Part shown: positions 8,025-16,824 of the stretch, piece after piece
How positions within the stretch are numbered: position 1 is the first letter of the stretch
Layout of the letters: each line of letters begins with the position of its first letter
IMG/VR virus record: IMGVR_UViG_3300025655_000041
Location: 1-57,850 of that record
Reading direction: 5' to 3' (one strand)
DNA: 57,850 nt
Origin: a virus
Lineage: Duplodnaviria; Caudoviricetes
Notes under the pieces: generated by a model
What the model was told of the DNA's origin: nothing
The model's database searches: none
Seen by the model: the letters and a program-made list of their open reading frames with translations, nothing else
Translations under genes and position numbers: made by a program

Positions 8025-8189
8025 ATGAATGACAAGGTACCCAAGTATTTTACGGGTCGAAACAAAGACATTATTGTTTGTTCTCAATGCTATAACGAGC
8101 ATTGGGGCGGTGTCTTTGATTATAAAGAAAAAGAGTTTGTATGTCCTGCATGTGCAAACGGAAAGGATACTGATGAAACTAGTATTTGA
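8025..8189 (+). CDS. Zn-ribbon protein
   Basis: CSQC...CPAC. Confidence 0.6.
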   Translation: MNDKVPKYFTGRNKDIIVCSQCYNEHWGGVFDYKEKEFVCPACANGKDTDETSI

Positions 8190-9975
8190 CATTGAGACCG
8201 ATGGCATTGAAGCAACTAAAGTTTGGTGTATCGTAGCTCAAGACGTTGATACAAAGAAAATCTATAAGTGGAGACCGGATGATATCGAGTCTGGTCTTGC
8301 TTTCCTAATGAATGCAGAAGCATTGATAGGTCATAACATTATTGGATATGACTTAGCTGTACTCGAAGAGTTATATGGTGTTGATTTACTTAGTAAAAAG
8401 ACATATGACACTTGGATTATGAGTCAGGTATTGAACTATAAGAGATCACATAAGCATGGTCTCGGTGGCTGGGGTGAACACCTTGGTTACAACAAACTAG
8501 AGTTCGATAACTGGTCTGAGTTCAGTGAAGAGATGCTTACGTATTGTGTAAGAGACGTTGAGCTTAACACACGAGTGTATGAACTATTACTCGCTGAGTT
8601 CAAGGATCAGGTCTCGACTAAACCTATGCTGGCTAACGGCATGAGAGCAGAGCATGATGCAGCTGTATTCGAGTCTAAAGTAAGAATGAAAGGCTGGTTG
8701 TTTGATCTCGGCTCGGCTAGTAGACTACTTAAAGAAATGTCTAGTGAGCTGGCAGAGATTGAATCACGAATTCATCCTCAACTACCTGAGATGACTATCA
8801 TGGTAGACAAGCAGCCTAAGAAGGCTAAGTATACAAAGGCCGGTAAGTTTACTGCAGTGACTAAGCGATTGCTCACTGAGTATCTTGACGGAGAAGAACC
8901 AGACGAAATGGAGTGGCCACCTGAACAAGAATTTCAGCGTAGCTACGTCACTCAAGTAACTCTAAGCAACATGGAAGAGGTTAAGGAATGGCTGTATACA
9001 ATAGGCTGGAAGCCCGATGATTGGAACTACAAGAAGGTCGGATACGAGTTTCATAAGGTCAGCCCGAAACTCACATCAACGTCACTTGCTTTACTCGGTA
9101 AGGTCGGCAAAGATATCGATCGATACTACACAACACGCTCGAGACGGTCTATACTCGAAGGCTGGATTGCAACGGCTAAGGGCAATAGGCTACATGGACG
9201 AATGTGGGTTATCGGTACGCCAACCTACAGAGCTAGACACGAAGTAATTACTAACTTACCTAGTGTTGACGCTGCATGGGGCAAAGAGATGCGTAGTCTC
9301 TTTATCTGTGAGGACGGATACAAAGTAGTCGGTGCTGACTCAGCTGGTAATCAAATGAGAGCATTGTGTCACTACATAGGTGACGATGCCTTCACTAAGG
9401 AGGTTACGAGTGGTGACATTCATTCCTATAACGCCAACATTTTGGGATGTGACCGTGGTGCTGCTAAAAGGTGGCTTTACGCTTATCTTTTTGGTGGCGG
9501 CGGTAAGAAGCTTGGTACTATTCTTACAGGCAAGCCGAATGCTACGGCAGGGGATGCTTCCAAGAAGAAATACCAATCAGCAATTCCTGGACTTGGAAAG
9601 CTCAAATCGAAGCTGGATCAGATATATCAGCAGACTAACCACGGTTATGGTAATGCATTTATTCCTGGCCTTGATGGTCGCCGTGTGTATGTTGGTTCTG
9701 CTCATCAGGCTTTAAACTATCTACTACAATCAGCTGAGGCTATTACTTGTAAGGCAGCTGTTGGTTATGCCATGCATAAGATAAAGGAAGAAGGCTTGGA
9801 TGCCTATCCGGTTATCTTCTATCACGATGAGATGGCATGGGTTGCTAAAGAAAGTGACGCAGCTAGGGTACTAGAGATCTGTGTTGAGTCATTTAAAGAA
9901 GCACCTAAACAATTCAATGTGCAGTGTATGGATGGCGATGGTGTCATTGGTAGCTGCTACGCAGACGTTCATTAG
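8173..9975 (+). CDS. polA: DNA polymerase family A (T7 gp5-like) with 3'-5' exonuclease
   Basis: Exo motifs DIET, HNIIGYD, YCVRDV; motif A GADSAGNQMR, motif B RGAAKRWLYAYLFG, motif C YHDE. Confidence 0.95.
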   Translation: MKLVFDIETDGIEATKVWCIVAQDVDTKKIYKWRPDDIESGLAFLMNAEALIGHNIIGYDLAVLEELYGVDLLSKKTYDTWIMSQVLNYKRSHKHGLGGWGEHLGYNKLEFDNWSEFSEEMLTYCVRDVELNTRVYELLLAEFKDQVSTKPMLANGMRAEHDAAVFESKVRMKGWLFDLGSASRLLKEMSSELAEIESRIHPQLPEMTIMVDKQPKKAKYTKAGKFTAVTKRLLTEYLDGEEPDEMEWPPEQEFQRSYVTQVTLSNMEEVKEWLYTIGWKPDDWNYKKVGYEFHKVSPKLTSTSLALLGKVGKDIDRYYTTRSRRSILEGWIATAKGNRLHGRMWVIGTPTYRARHEVITNLPSVDAAWGKEMRSLFICEDGYKVVGADSAGNQMRALCHYIGDDAFTKEVTSGDIHSYNANILGCDRGAAKRWLYAYLFGGGGKKLGTILTGKPNATAGDASKKKYQSAIPGLGKLKSKLDQIYQQTNHGYGNAFIPGLDGRRVYVGSAHQALNYLLQSAEAITCKAAVGYAMHKIKEEGLDAYPVIFYHDEMAWVAKESDAARVLEICVESFKEAPKQFNVQCMDGDGVIGSCYADVH

Positions 9976-9987
9976 AAAGGAAACGTT

Positions 9988-10197
9988 ATGGGTAGAATGA
10001 AAGAATTGGTACTAGAAATGGAAGAAAGATTTTGGGATCATGCAATTGATCTTGTTTATGACTGTGAAGTTGTAGAAGATTTCTTATCTGAAGTCGCAGA
10101 GTATAGACATTTACTACCAATGTATAGCGACTCTGAATTCACTGAAGTAGTAGTAGATGCATGGAATGAATATTGGCAATCGAAAGGACATGAATGA
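9988..10197 (+). CDS. Hypothetical protein
   Basis: AAAGGA RBS; MGRMKE start. Confidence 0.75.
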   Translation: MGRMKELVLEMEERFWDHAIDLVYDCEVVEDFLSEVAEYRHLLPMYSDSEFTEVVVDAWNEYWQSKGHE

Positions 10198-10883
10198 TGT
10201 TAGCAATAGTAGACACTGACAGCTGCATTTATCAAGCAGCTTGGCAGCAAGAGTCTGTCGAATCAGCGTTAAGTAATTATAAACATTTAATAAATCAGAA
10301 CTGGATAACACCAGTTTGGGCTGATGAACACGTTGCTTATTGCGGAGGTAAAGATAACTTTCGCCATAAGCTTTGCCCTAACTATAAGGCTAATCGTAAG
10401 GATCCACCGGATGACGCTAAGTTCTTTCGTCCACTGATGGAGCGCATTATCGAAGAAGGCCTAGCTATACCAGCAGATGGTATGGAGGCTGACGACATGG
10501 TACGTATCAAAGCTACTGAGTGTGCATCACTCAACATAGACTTTACTATAGTCCATATCGATAAAGATCTTGATTGTATTCCAGGGAAACATTACAATCC
10601 CCACAAGGAGGCTTTCTATGAGATTGATGTTGACGCAGCTGATCTGTTTTATTGGACTCAAATGCTGAAGGGTGATCCAACCGATAACCTTCCAGGGATA
10701 CCTAAAGTAGGACCAAAGAAAGCAGAGAAGATGCTTAAGGGTGTACCGCTAGGTAGACGTAAACATAGAGTATTTGCTGCATACAGAGCTAAATACGGTC
10801 GAGTTGACTGGAAAGAAAAGCTATTGGAGACAGCAAACGGTATTCATATTCTAAGGAGTCATAATGACTACTTCTCGATTTAA
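10194..10883 (+). CDS. 5'-3' exonuclease / RNase H (T7 gp6-like)
   Basis: NFR..L...YKANR, EADD, DKDL, GDPTDNLPGIPKVGPKKA. Confidence 0.92.
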   Translation: MMLAIVDTDSCIYQAAWQQESVESALSNYKHLINQNWITPVWADEHVAYCGGKDNFRHKLCPNYKANRKDPPDDAKFFRPLMERIIEEGLAIPADGMEADDMVRIKATECASLNIDFTIVHIDKDLDCIPGKHYNPHKEAFYEIDVDAADLFYWTQMLKGDPTDNLPGIPKVGPKKAEKMLKGVPLGRRKHRVFAAYRAKYGRVDWKEKLLETANGIHILRSHNDYFSI

Positions 10884-11499
10884 CAACCATGAACGTTGGC
10901 ATAACGTACAGGTTGAACGTGTTACTCAGTTCGATAGTAACGACTGGTGTGGCATTATCACAAAAGAACACGGTGAAATACGGTGTAAGCGTAGAAATAA
11001 GAAACGCTTTAAGCTAAAGAAAGGATTTAAAGGTCCAATCACTGTTTTCTTTTATCAAGGTAAGACACCAACGATTGCTGACGATCCTCGTGGTCACATT
11101 GAAGTAGAAAGTCATTGGAATATTCTTAATCCAGAAGTCTTTGATGAGTCACATCATGGCTTTCTTTATATCATCACAGATAAACGTAATGATAAACGCT
11201 ATATCGGCGTTAAAACACTGCATACTAGTTGGAAGGGCTATACTAGTTCTTCCTCAGAACTCAACGAAGAAATAACTAAAGCAGGTAAAGAGAACTTTAC
11301 TTTCAATATCTTGTTCTCTTGCCCAATGAAAGGTGATCTTAGTTATATGGAAGCTTATATGATTATGATTACACATGCCCTATGCTCTGATGAGTGGTAT
11401 AATAAATGGGTGCATGAAATTAGGTTTAAACCCGCAATGAAGGACATGGAGAGACAAATTGAAATCGCCAAAGACTATTCGCAACCCTTACCACAATGA
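10864..11499 (+). CDS. GIY-YIG (Seg-like) endonuclease domain protein with an extra N-terminal region
   Basis: GFLYIITDKRNDKRYIGVK...WKGYTSSS...E...WYN. Confidence 0.65.
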   Translation: MTTSRFNNHERWHNVQVERVTQFDSNDWCGIITKEHGEIRCKRRNKKRFKLKKGFKGPITVFFYQGKTPTIADDPRGHIEVESHWNILNPEVFDESHHGFLYIITDKRNDKRYIGVKTLHTSWKGYTSSSSELNEEITKAGKENFTFNILFSCPMKGDLSYMEAYMIMITHALCSDEWYNKWVHEIRFKPAMKDMERQIEIAKDYSQPLPQ

Positions 11500-11686
11500 C
11501 ATTAGGAAGTATAAGGTTATTCCGAATGAACGTGCAGAGGTAACTGAAGAAGATTGGGATGAAGATCTAATCGATCTATTTAATAACAAGCAGCAGAAAG
11601 CTGAAAAGATTATGAAGTCAGATAGAGCTAGAAACCGAAGGAAGGAAGCTCGATATGCCAAAGAAGATAGAATATACGGAAAGTAA
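11459..11686 (+). CDS. Hypothetical protein
   Basis: GGAG RBS with TTG start. Confidence 0.55.
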   Translation: MKSPKTIRNPYHNDIRKYKVIPNERAEVTEEDWDEDLIDLFNNKQQKAEKIMKSDRARNRRKEARYAKEDRIYGK

Positions 11687-13316
11687 AGAAATAGGTAAGA
11701 CAGCTTGTCCCGCTTGTCCTTCAAGCGATGGCTTTGCTGTATACGATGATGGACACGGTTACTGCTATGTATGTAACCATTATGAAAAAGAAATCGGAAA
11801 GGAAGAGGAAATGCCTCTTGATACTAACACACCTAGCCTTGAGCTATTTGAAGCAAACCTCGGCGATTGTCGTGGTGTACAAGACCGTAGGATAACTAAG
11901 ACTATTGCAGAACACTACGGTGTTCGTGTTAACTATGATAGTAACCGCAACATTATTGCTTATAACTATCCTTACTATGCGGATACACACCACCCTATTG
12001 CCTACAAAACAAGAACATTACCTAAACAATTCAAGACAGTAGGAGACTTTAAAGATGTTTGGCCTTTCGGCGTTCACGCTTTTCATGCGGGAGGAAAGAG
12101 ACTTGTCATCACTGAAGGCGAGTTCGATGCGATGGCGGTCGCGCAAGCTTCGTATGACCACTATAATAAGATCTATCCTGTCATTTCAGTAGCAAGTGCT
12201 TCTAACCTTAAGAGTCTTCTTCATGCTCGGACATGGATTAGATCCTTTGAGGAAGTTGTTCTGTTCTTTGACAATGATACTGCAGGACAAAAGGCTATTA
12301 AAGATGCTGCTAATATTATCGGTATCGATAAAGTAAAGATAGCTTCTCTAGGTAGCGTAGCTAAAGATCCTTGCGAACTATACTTAGCTGCAGGACATCA
12401 AGGCGTTATGCGTGCTATATGGGATGCACAACCCTATAGTCCAGCGGGTATTGTCGTAGGGCATGAGCCTGTATGGGAGCAGTACTTAGCGCGACACGCA
12501 ACTGAGTCAGTGCCTTATCCAGATTGCTTTAACGGTATCAATGAGAAGACTAAAGGTATGCGCTTTGGTGAGATAACCTTGTTTACTTCTGGTACTGGCA
12601 GCGGAAAAAGTACTGTCATTAAAGAAATTGTACTTGACTTATTAGACAAAACTAGTTATAAAATAGGTATGATCTCTCTTGAAGAGAGTATTGGCGATAC
12701 CGCAGAAAAGTTTATTCAGATGAAACTTAAACAAAACCTGCAAGAGTTCGATGTACCCTTAGAAGTACAAGAAGCAGCATCAAAGGAGGTGTTCGGTAGT
12801 GAACGGCTTGTATTGCTTGATCACCAAGGTTCTGTTGGTGATGAGTCACTCATTGATAAGATTGAGTATATGGCTCTTATGGGTTGTAAGTATCTTATTC
12901 TCGATCACATTACAATTGCAGTATCAGAGGGTGCAGAAGGTTACTCTGGTAATGAGGCTATCGACAAGGTTATGTCAGACCTACTTAAGATTACTAAGAA
13001 GCATGACATCTGGCTTGGAGTTATATCTCATCTACGGAAAGTACAAGGCGGTGGTACCACATTCGAACAAGGTAAGCTGCCTAGCATGGATGATATCAAA
13101 GGCTCTGGATCCATCAAGCAAATCTCTTTCGATATTATCGGGTTCTCTAGAGATATGGCTAATGCAGATGAAGAAGTTAGAAACACTATTGAGTTCATCG
13201 TACTCAAGAGCCGCTTTTCTGGTAAGACAGGACCGGCGGGTTCGGTTAAATACAACCATAAGACTACGCGGTTAGAGTATAATAATAAAAACATTGACTT
13301 TGAGGTGTTACCATGA
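11655..13316 (+). CDS. Primase-helicase (T7 gp4-like)
   Basis: Zn finger CPAC...CYVC; TOPRIM ITEGEFD and FDND; Walker A GTGSGKST; LDHIT; GSGSIKQ. Confidence 0.95.
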   Translation: MPKKIEYTESKEIGKTACPACPSSDGFAVYDDGHGYCYVCNHYEKEIGKEEEMPLDTNTPSLELFEANLGDCRGVQDRRITKTIAEHYGVRVNYDSNRNIIAYNYPYYADTHHPIAYKTRTLPKQFKTVGDFKDVWPFGVHAFHAGGKRLVITEGEFDAMAVAQASYDHYNKIYPVISVASASNLKSLLHARTWIRSFEEVVLFFDNDTAGQKAIKDAANIIGIDKVKIASLGSVAKDPCELYLAAGHQGVMRAIWDAQPYSPAGIVVGHEPVWEQYLARHATESVPYPDCFNGINEKTKGMRFGEITLFTSGTGSGKSTVIKEIVLDLLDKTSYKIGMISLEESIGDTAEKFIQMKLKQNLQEFDVPLEVQEAASKEVFGSERLVLLDHQGSVGDESLIDKIEYMALMGCKYLILDHITIAVSEGAEGYSGNEAIDKVMSDLLKITKKHDIWLGVISHLRKVQGGGTTFEQGKLPSMDDIKGSGSIKQISFDIIGFSRDMANADEEVRNTIEFIVLKSRFSGKTGPAGSVKYNHKTTRLEYNNKNIDFEVLP

Positions 13317-13504
13317 GCGAGACTGCTTTATACCACCAAATAGGATTACTTCAACAAGAACTTGCTCATGCAAAACAAATCATTGAAGAGTTGACTATGG
13401 AACGGAATAAATTTCGTAGTCAAGCTCTCATGAGGGCAAATAAAATAGAGACATTATCAAATGAGATCAATAAACTTTATACGGAACAAGAGTATATCCC
13501 CTAG
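13313..13504 (+). CDS. Coiled-coil hypothetical protein
   Basis: GAGG RBS, ATGA overlap. Confidence 0.65.
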   Translation: MSETALYHQIGLLQQELAHAKQIIEELTMERNKFRSQALMRANKIETLSNEINKLYTEQEYIP

Positions 13505-13631
13505 CCTAGAGATTATTAAGCTATTAAATAATCTTAGGTCAAGGAACATTGAGCCTATTGACTGGCACTATGATAACAACTTCATAACCTTTAGAGTAGA
13601 GGATGAGGACCATGGCGAAGAAAGCAGATAA
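13461..13631 (+). CDS. Small hypothetical protein (56 aa)
   Basis: Fills the gap. Confidence 0.4.
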   Translation: MRSINFIRNKSISPSLEIIKLLNNLRSRNIEPIDWHYDNNFITFRVEDEDHGEESR

Positions 13632-13728
13632 GAGTAAGGATTACTTCCTTCTTAAACCACGCAAACAAAAAACTTTCACAGGAAAGAAATATGCAGAACG
13701 TAAAAAGTATCGAGGACAAGGTCGATAA
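13612..13728 (+). CDS. Small basic protein ending KKYRGQGR (38 aa)
   Basis: GAGGA RBS; C-terminal YRGQG motif that I recall from a widespread small phage protein. Confidence 0.75.
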   Translation: MAKKADKSKDYFLLKPRKQKTFTGKKYAERKKYRGQGR

Positions 13729-13747
13729 CAACAAAGGTTTTATTACC

Positions 13748-14182
13748 ATGACAACCAAGGAAGAACGATATGATACACTCTATATGGACATCGCTAAACG
13801 CGTTGCTGAAATGTCTTATGACATCGATACACAAGTTGGCGCAGTCATCGTCAAAGATGGCAACATTATCTCAATGGGCTGGAACGGTACTCCAAGCGGC
13901 TTTGACAATAGCTGTAAACACCCTGAAACGGGTATTACTTTATCTACTGTTATTCATGCTGAAGCTAACGCAATCTGTAAGCTCGCTCGTGCTAGCGGTT
14001 CTGGATTGGGTTCCACACTGTACACTACGCTCTCACCTTGTATCGAGTGTACTAAGCTTATCCTCCAATCTGGTATCAGCGAAGTTGTCGTTGAGAAAGC
14101 GTATGAGAAAGATCTAGAAGGATTTAAAATTCTTAATGAGAAAGGTATGCTAAGGGTATGCAAATCCATTACCAAAGAATAG
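13748..14182 (+). CDS. dCMP deaminase
   Basis: VGAVIV, GWNG, HAEANAI and SPCIEC zinc-deaminase motifs. Confidence 0.92.
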   Translation: MTTKEERYDTLYMDIAKRVAEMSYDIDTQVGAVIVKDGNIISMGWNGTPSGFDNSCKHPETGITLSTVIHAEANAICKLARASGSGLGSTLYTTLSPCIECTKLILQSGISEVVVEKAYEKDLEGFKILNEKGMLRVCKSITKE

Positions 14183-14427
14183 AGAATATGCCTGATTACA
14201 TTGCTTGGGTACAGTGTAATCCTGAAGATCGCAGTCAAGTAGAAGAAATGTTTCCTAAAGATGAATACACTTTATTGATTGCACTAAAGCCTAACTATGA
14301 CCCTATTACTTGTTCACAGCAAGTACTTTACAATCCACCCGCTCCAACTTGGGGCTTAGATGTATGGAAGAAAGAGGACGATGGAAGATATACGGAACTA
14401 TCTACTAGAGAGAATCCGCAGCGATAA
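14158..14427 (+). CDS. Hypothetical protein
   Basis: AAGG RBS, packed ORF. Confidence 0.6.
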   Translation: MQIHYQRIENMPDYIAWVQCNPEDRSQVEEMFPKDEYTLLIALKPNYDPITCSQQVLYNPPAPTWGLDVWKKEDDGRYTELSTRENPQR

Positions 14428-16498
14428 CATAGGTGTTAAGCCTAGACGCAGCCTACAACTTATGCGTATGATCGACACTGATGGTGTTGATATGCTCGAC
14501 TTCCTAATCGAAGATATGATTATCTACGGACGTAAGTTCATTCAGCGTTGTTTTAAGCGCAGCAAAGTAGAGGGTGAAACCCCTATTACGCAAGCTTCAA
14601 TGGCTATCGGCAAGTATATTGTTGAGGGCTGGGACAGTAACAACGTTAACTTTAGAGACCATGTTCGTGTTGGTGATCTTATCATTGAAGGCTTTGTTAT
14701 GTGTGGTTATCTTACTATATCGGTAGGACACATGAAGAGCCGTAAGCCAGTTACAATCCATGCCACTGAAAAGTGGGGTGAAATGGAAGTTGTAGCTGGC
14801 AAAACTACTTGTATGAGTGCAGAGCCAATCCCGCCTATCACTAAACTATTTCAAGACAATGGTAGGGCAGTGATTAAAACTTGGGATAAATCTAAAGAAC
14901 ACTTGTTTATGAAGTATATTAATGCACCTTTTGTAAAGGCAATCGATAGACTACAATCAACTAGATATCGTGTCAATACAGAAGTTAACCAAGCCATTAA
15001 AGAAAATATGTTTATGTTTATTAAGAACGAAACATTTAATGGTGAAGATAAAGAAGAAAACGCTAAACTGTATCAGCGTCAAGCCTCTAAAAATCGAGAG
15101 ATTAAAGAGGTAATGGCAATAGCAGACAAGTGGCTAGGTGAGTCATTTAGTTTTTATATTGATGCAGATTACCGTGGTCGGCTATACTATAGCGAACCCT
15201 TCTTTAACTTTCAAGGTGCTGACATTGCAAGAGGTCAATTACTATTTGACGAAGGTAAACGCTTTGATGAGTCTGCTAGCTTTTGGTTAGCCGTTCATAC
15301 TGCTTGTTGCTTTAACCAGTCATATGGTATTGATGAAATCCCTGAGTGGACTACAAGCGATTACCGTTCTGTACTCGAAGAAGAAAACTTGGACACTATC
15401 TCAGTAGATAAAATGACTTTAGAAGATCGCGCTCAGTGGACTCAAGAAAACATTGATGTCATTGTTGAGATGGGTGAAATGCGAATGATCGCAGAAGAGG
15501 CCGAGAAGGCTATCTCTTTCTTAGCCTGTTGCATCGAGTGGTACCGCTACAGCACTACGGATGGGGACTACTATACTCGACTTCCAATCCCCATAGACGG
15601 TGCTAATAACGGCTGGCAACACCTAGGTGCTATGTCTAAGGATGCACTAACGGGTAGACTTGTTGGTCTTGTTCCTACCGAAATCCAGAACGACTTCTAT
15701 GTACAGATAGCTAAGAGGCTATGCGACAGGATGCCTGAATGGTTTGAAGAAAGACAGATTCCAATGAAGCATATCCGTAAGGGCATTGCTAAACGTGCAG
15801 CCATGACTCGTGCTTATAGCTGTGGTCAAAAGAAAATGTCTGAGTCTATGTATAGCGACTGTTATCAGTACGGATTTACTAATGACTACAACATTTCTAC
15901 CTGGGATTGCGATGAGCTAAGTAATCAGGTTATTAGGGCTATCCAGGAAGTTTGCCCCGGTCCTTTAGATACTATGAAGTATCTGCAGCGGTTAGCTGAT
16001 CAGGAGATTACTAACTGGTATAAGCAGTATGGTACTGATAGAGGTAAAGGTATCGAGTGGACTACACCTTCAGGCTTTCCTGTGATATACGAATGTTATC
16101 GTACTAGACCTGTTAAGGTAGACTGTTACGGCTTCAATACTCCTGATGGAGAGATCCGCTTCAAGCACGTTATTAGGGAGCATACAGACATCCCTGATCG
16201 TAGAGGCTTTATGTGCGGTATTAGCCCTAACTTTGTACATAGTATGGATGCTAGTCATATGGCTCTTGTTATAGCAGACTGGGAAGGAGACTTCGCTGCT
16301 GTGCATGACTCTTATAGCGCTCACGCTGGTAACGTAGAAGATCTTATGGTTAAGACAAGACAAAAGTTTGTTAGTATCTACGACAAAGAAAACTTCTATG
16401 ATACAATACCCTTTGGTAAGGGCTTCGAAGGAGTAGTACCTACTATCGGTAAGCTATCTATTAAGGATGTTGCTGATTCTACTTACTTCTTTTGTTAA
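14381..16498 (+). CDS. T7-family single-subunit RNA polymerase (short, ~705 aa)
   Basis: DYRGR, FNFQG, motif A IDGANNGWQH, motif B RKGIAKRAAMTRAY, WTTPSGF, PNFVHSMDA, motif C VHDS. Confidence 0.95.
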   Translation: MEDIRNYLLERIRSDNIGVKPRRSLQLMRMIDTDGVDMLDFLIEDMIIYGRKFIQRCFKRSKVEGETPITQASMAIGKYIVEGWDSNNVNFRDHVRVGDLIIEGFVMCGYLTISVGHMKSRKPVTIHATEKWGEMEVVAGKTTCMSAEPIPPITKLFQDNGRAVIKTWDKSKEHLFMKYINAPFVKAIDRLQSTRYRVNTEVNQAIKENMFMFIKNETFNGEDKEENAKLYQRQASKNREIKEVMAIADKWLGESFSFYIDADYRGRLYYSEPFFNFQGADIARGQLLFDEGKRFDESASFWLAVHTACCFNQSYGIDEIPEWTTSDYRSVLEEENLDTISVDKMTLEDRAQWTQENIDVIVEMGEMRMIAEEAEKAISFLACCIEWYRYSTTDGDYYTRLPIPIDGANNGWQHLGAMSKDALTGRLVGLVPTEIQNDFYVQIAKRLCDRMPEWFEERQIPMKHIRKGIAKRAAMTRAYSCGQKKMSESMYSDCYQYGFTNDYNISTWDCDELSNQVIRAIQEVCPGPLDTMKYLQRLADQEITNWYKQYGTDRGKGIEWTTPSGFPVIYECYRTRPVKVDCYGFNTPDGEIRFKHVIREHTDIPDRRGFMCGISPNFVHSMDASHMALVIADWEGDFAAVHDSYSAHAGNVEDLMVKTRQKFVSIYDKENFYDTIPFGKGFEGVVPTIGKLSIKDVADSTYFFC

Positions 16499-16551
16499 AT
16501 AAAAAACCCCACAAGGTTTCCATTACGGATTCCCTGTGGGGTATTTTTATT
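16497..16551. terminator. Bidirectional intrinsic terminator between the convergent arms
   Basis: AAAAAACCCCACA...TGTGGGGTATTTTT with A and T tracts on both sides. Confidence 0.88.
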
Positions 16552-16812
16552 TTATGTTAGTAGTTTTTTAATTCCGTCTTTAGCTTGTTTACGGAGGCGA
16601 CCAGCTTCAACTTGAGCTTGTTTACGATCCATACCTTCGTTAATAAAGTTATCAACGTTTTTATTATATACTACGTCTAGTACTGCAAAGTTAAGTTTAG
16701 GGGTGTAAGCTAGTGATGGGTCAAGATTGTATTGCTTAACAAACTCCATGTCATCAAAATCTAATCCTTGTAGCGCTAGTTTATTATAGTTCTTTTTAGT
16801 ATTCACTTTCAT
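16552..16812 (-). CDS. Hypothetical protein, last late gene
   Basis: GAGGA RBS. Confidence 0.75.
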   Translation of the reverse strand: MKVNTKKNYNKLALQGLDFDDMEFVKQYNLDPSLAYTPKLNFAVLDVVYNKNVDNFINEGMDRKQAQVEAGRLRKQAKDGIKKLLT

Positions 16813-16824
16813 TTAACTGTCCTC

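Noticed and set aside
8029-8172. N-terminal extension of PolA, or a DnaJ-like Zn insertion as in HMO-2011-type polymerases
   Set aside because: The RBS supports a start at 8173. The CxxC pairs belong to a separate upstream ORF in another frame, and PolA has no CxxCxGxG repeats.
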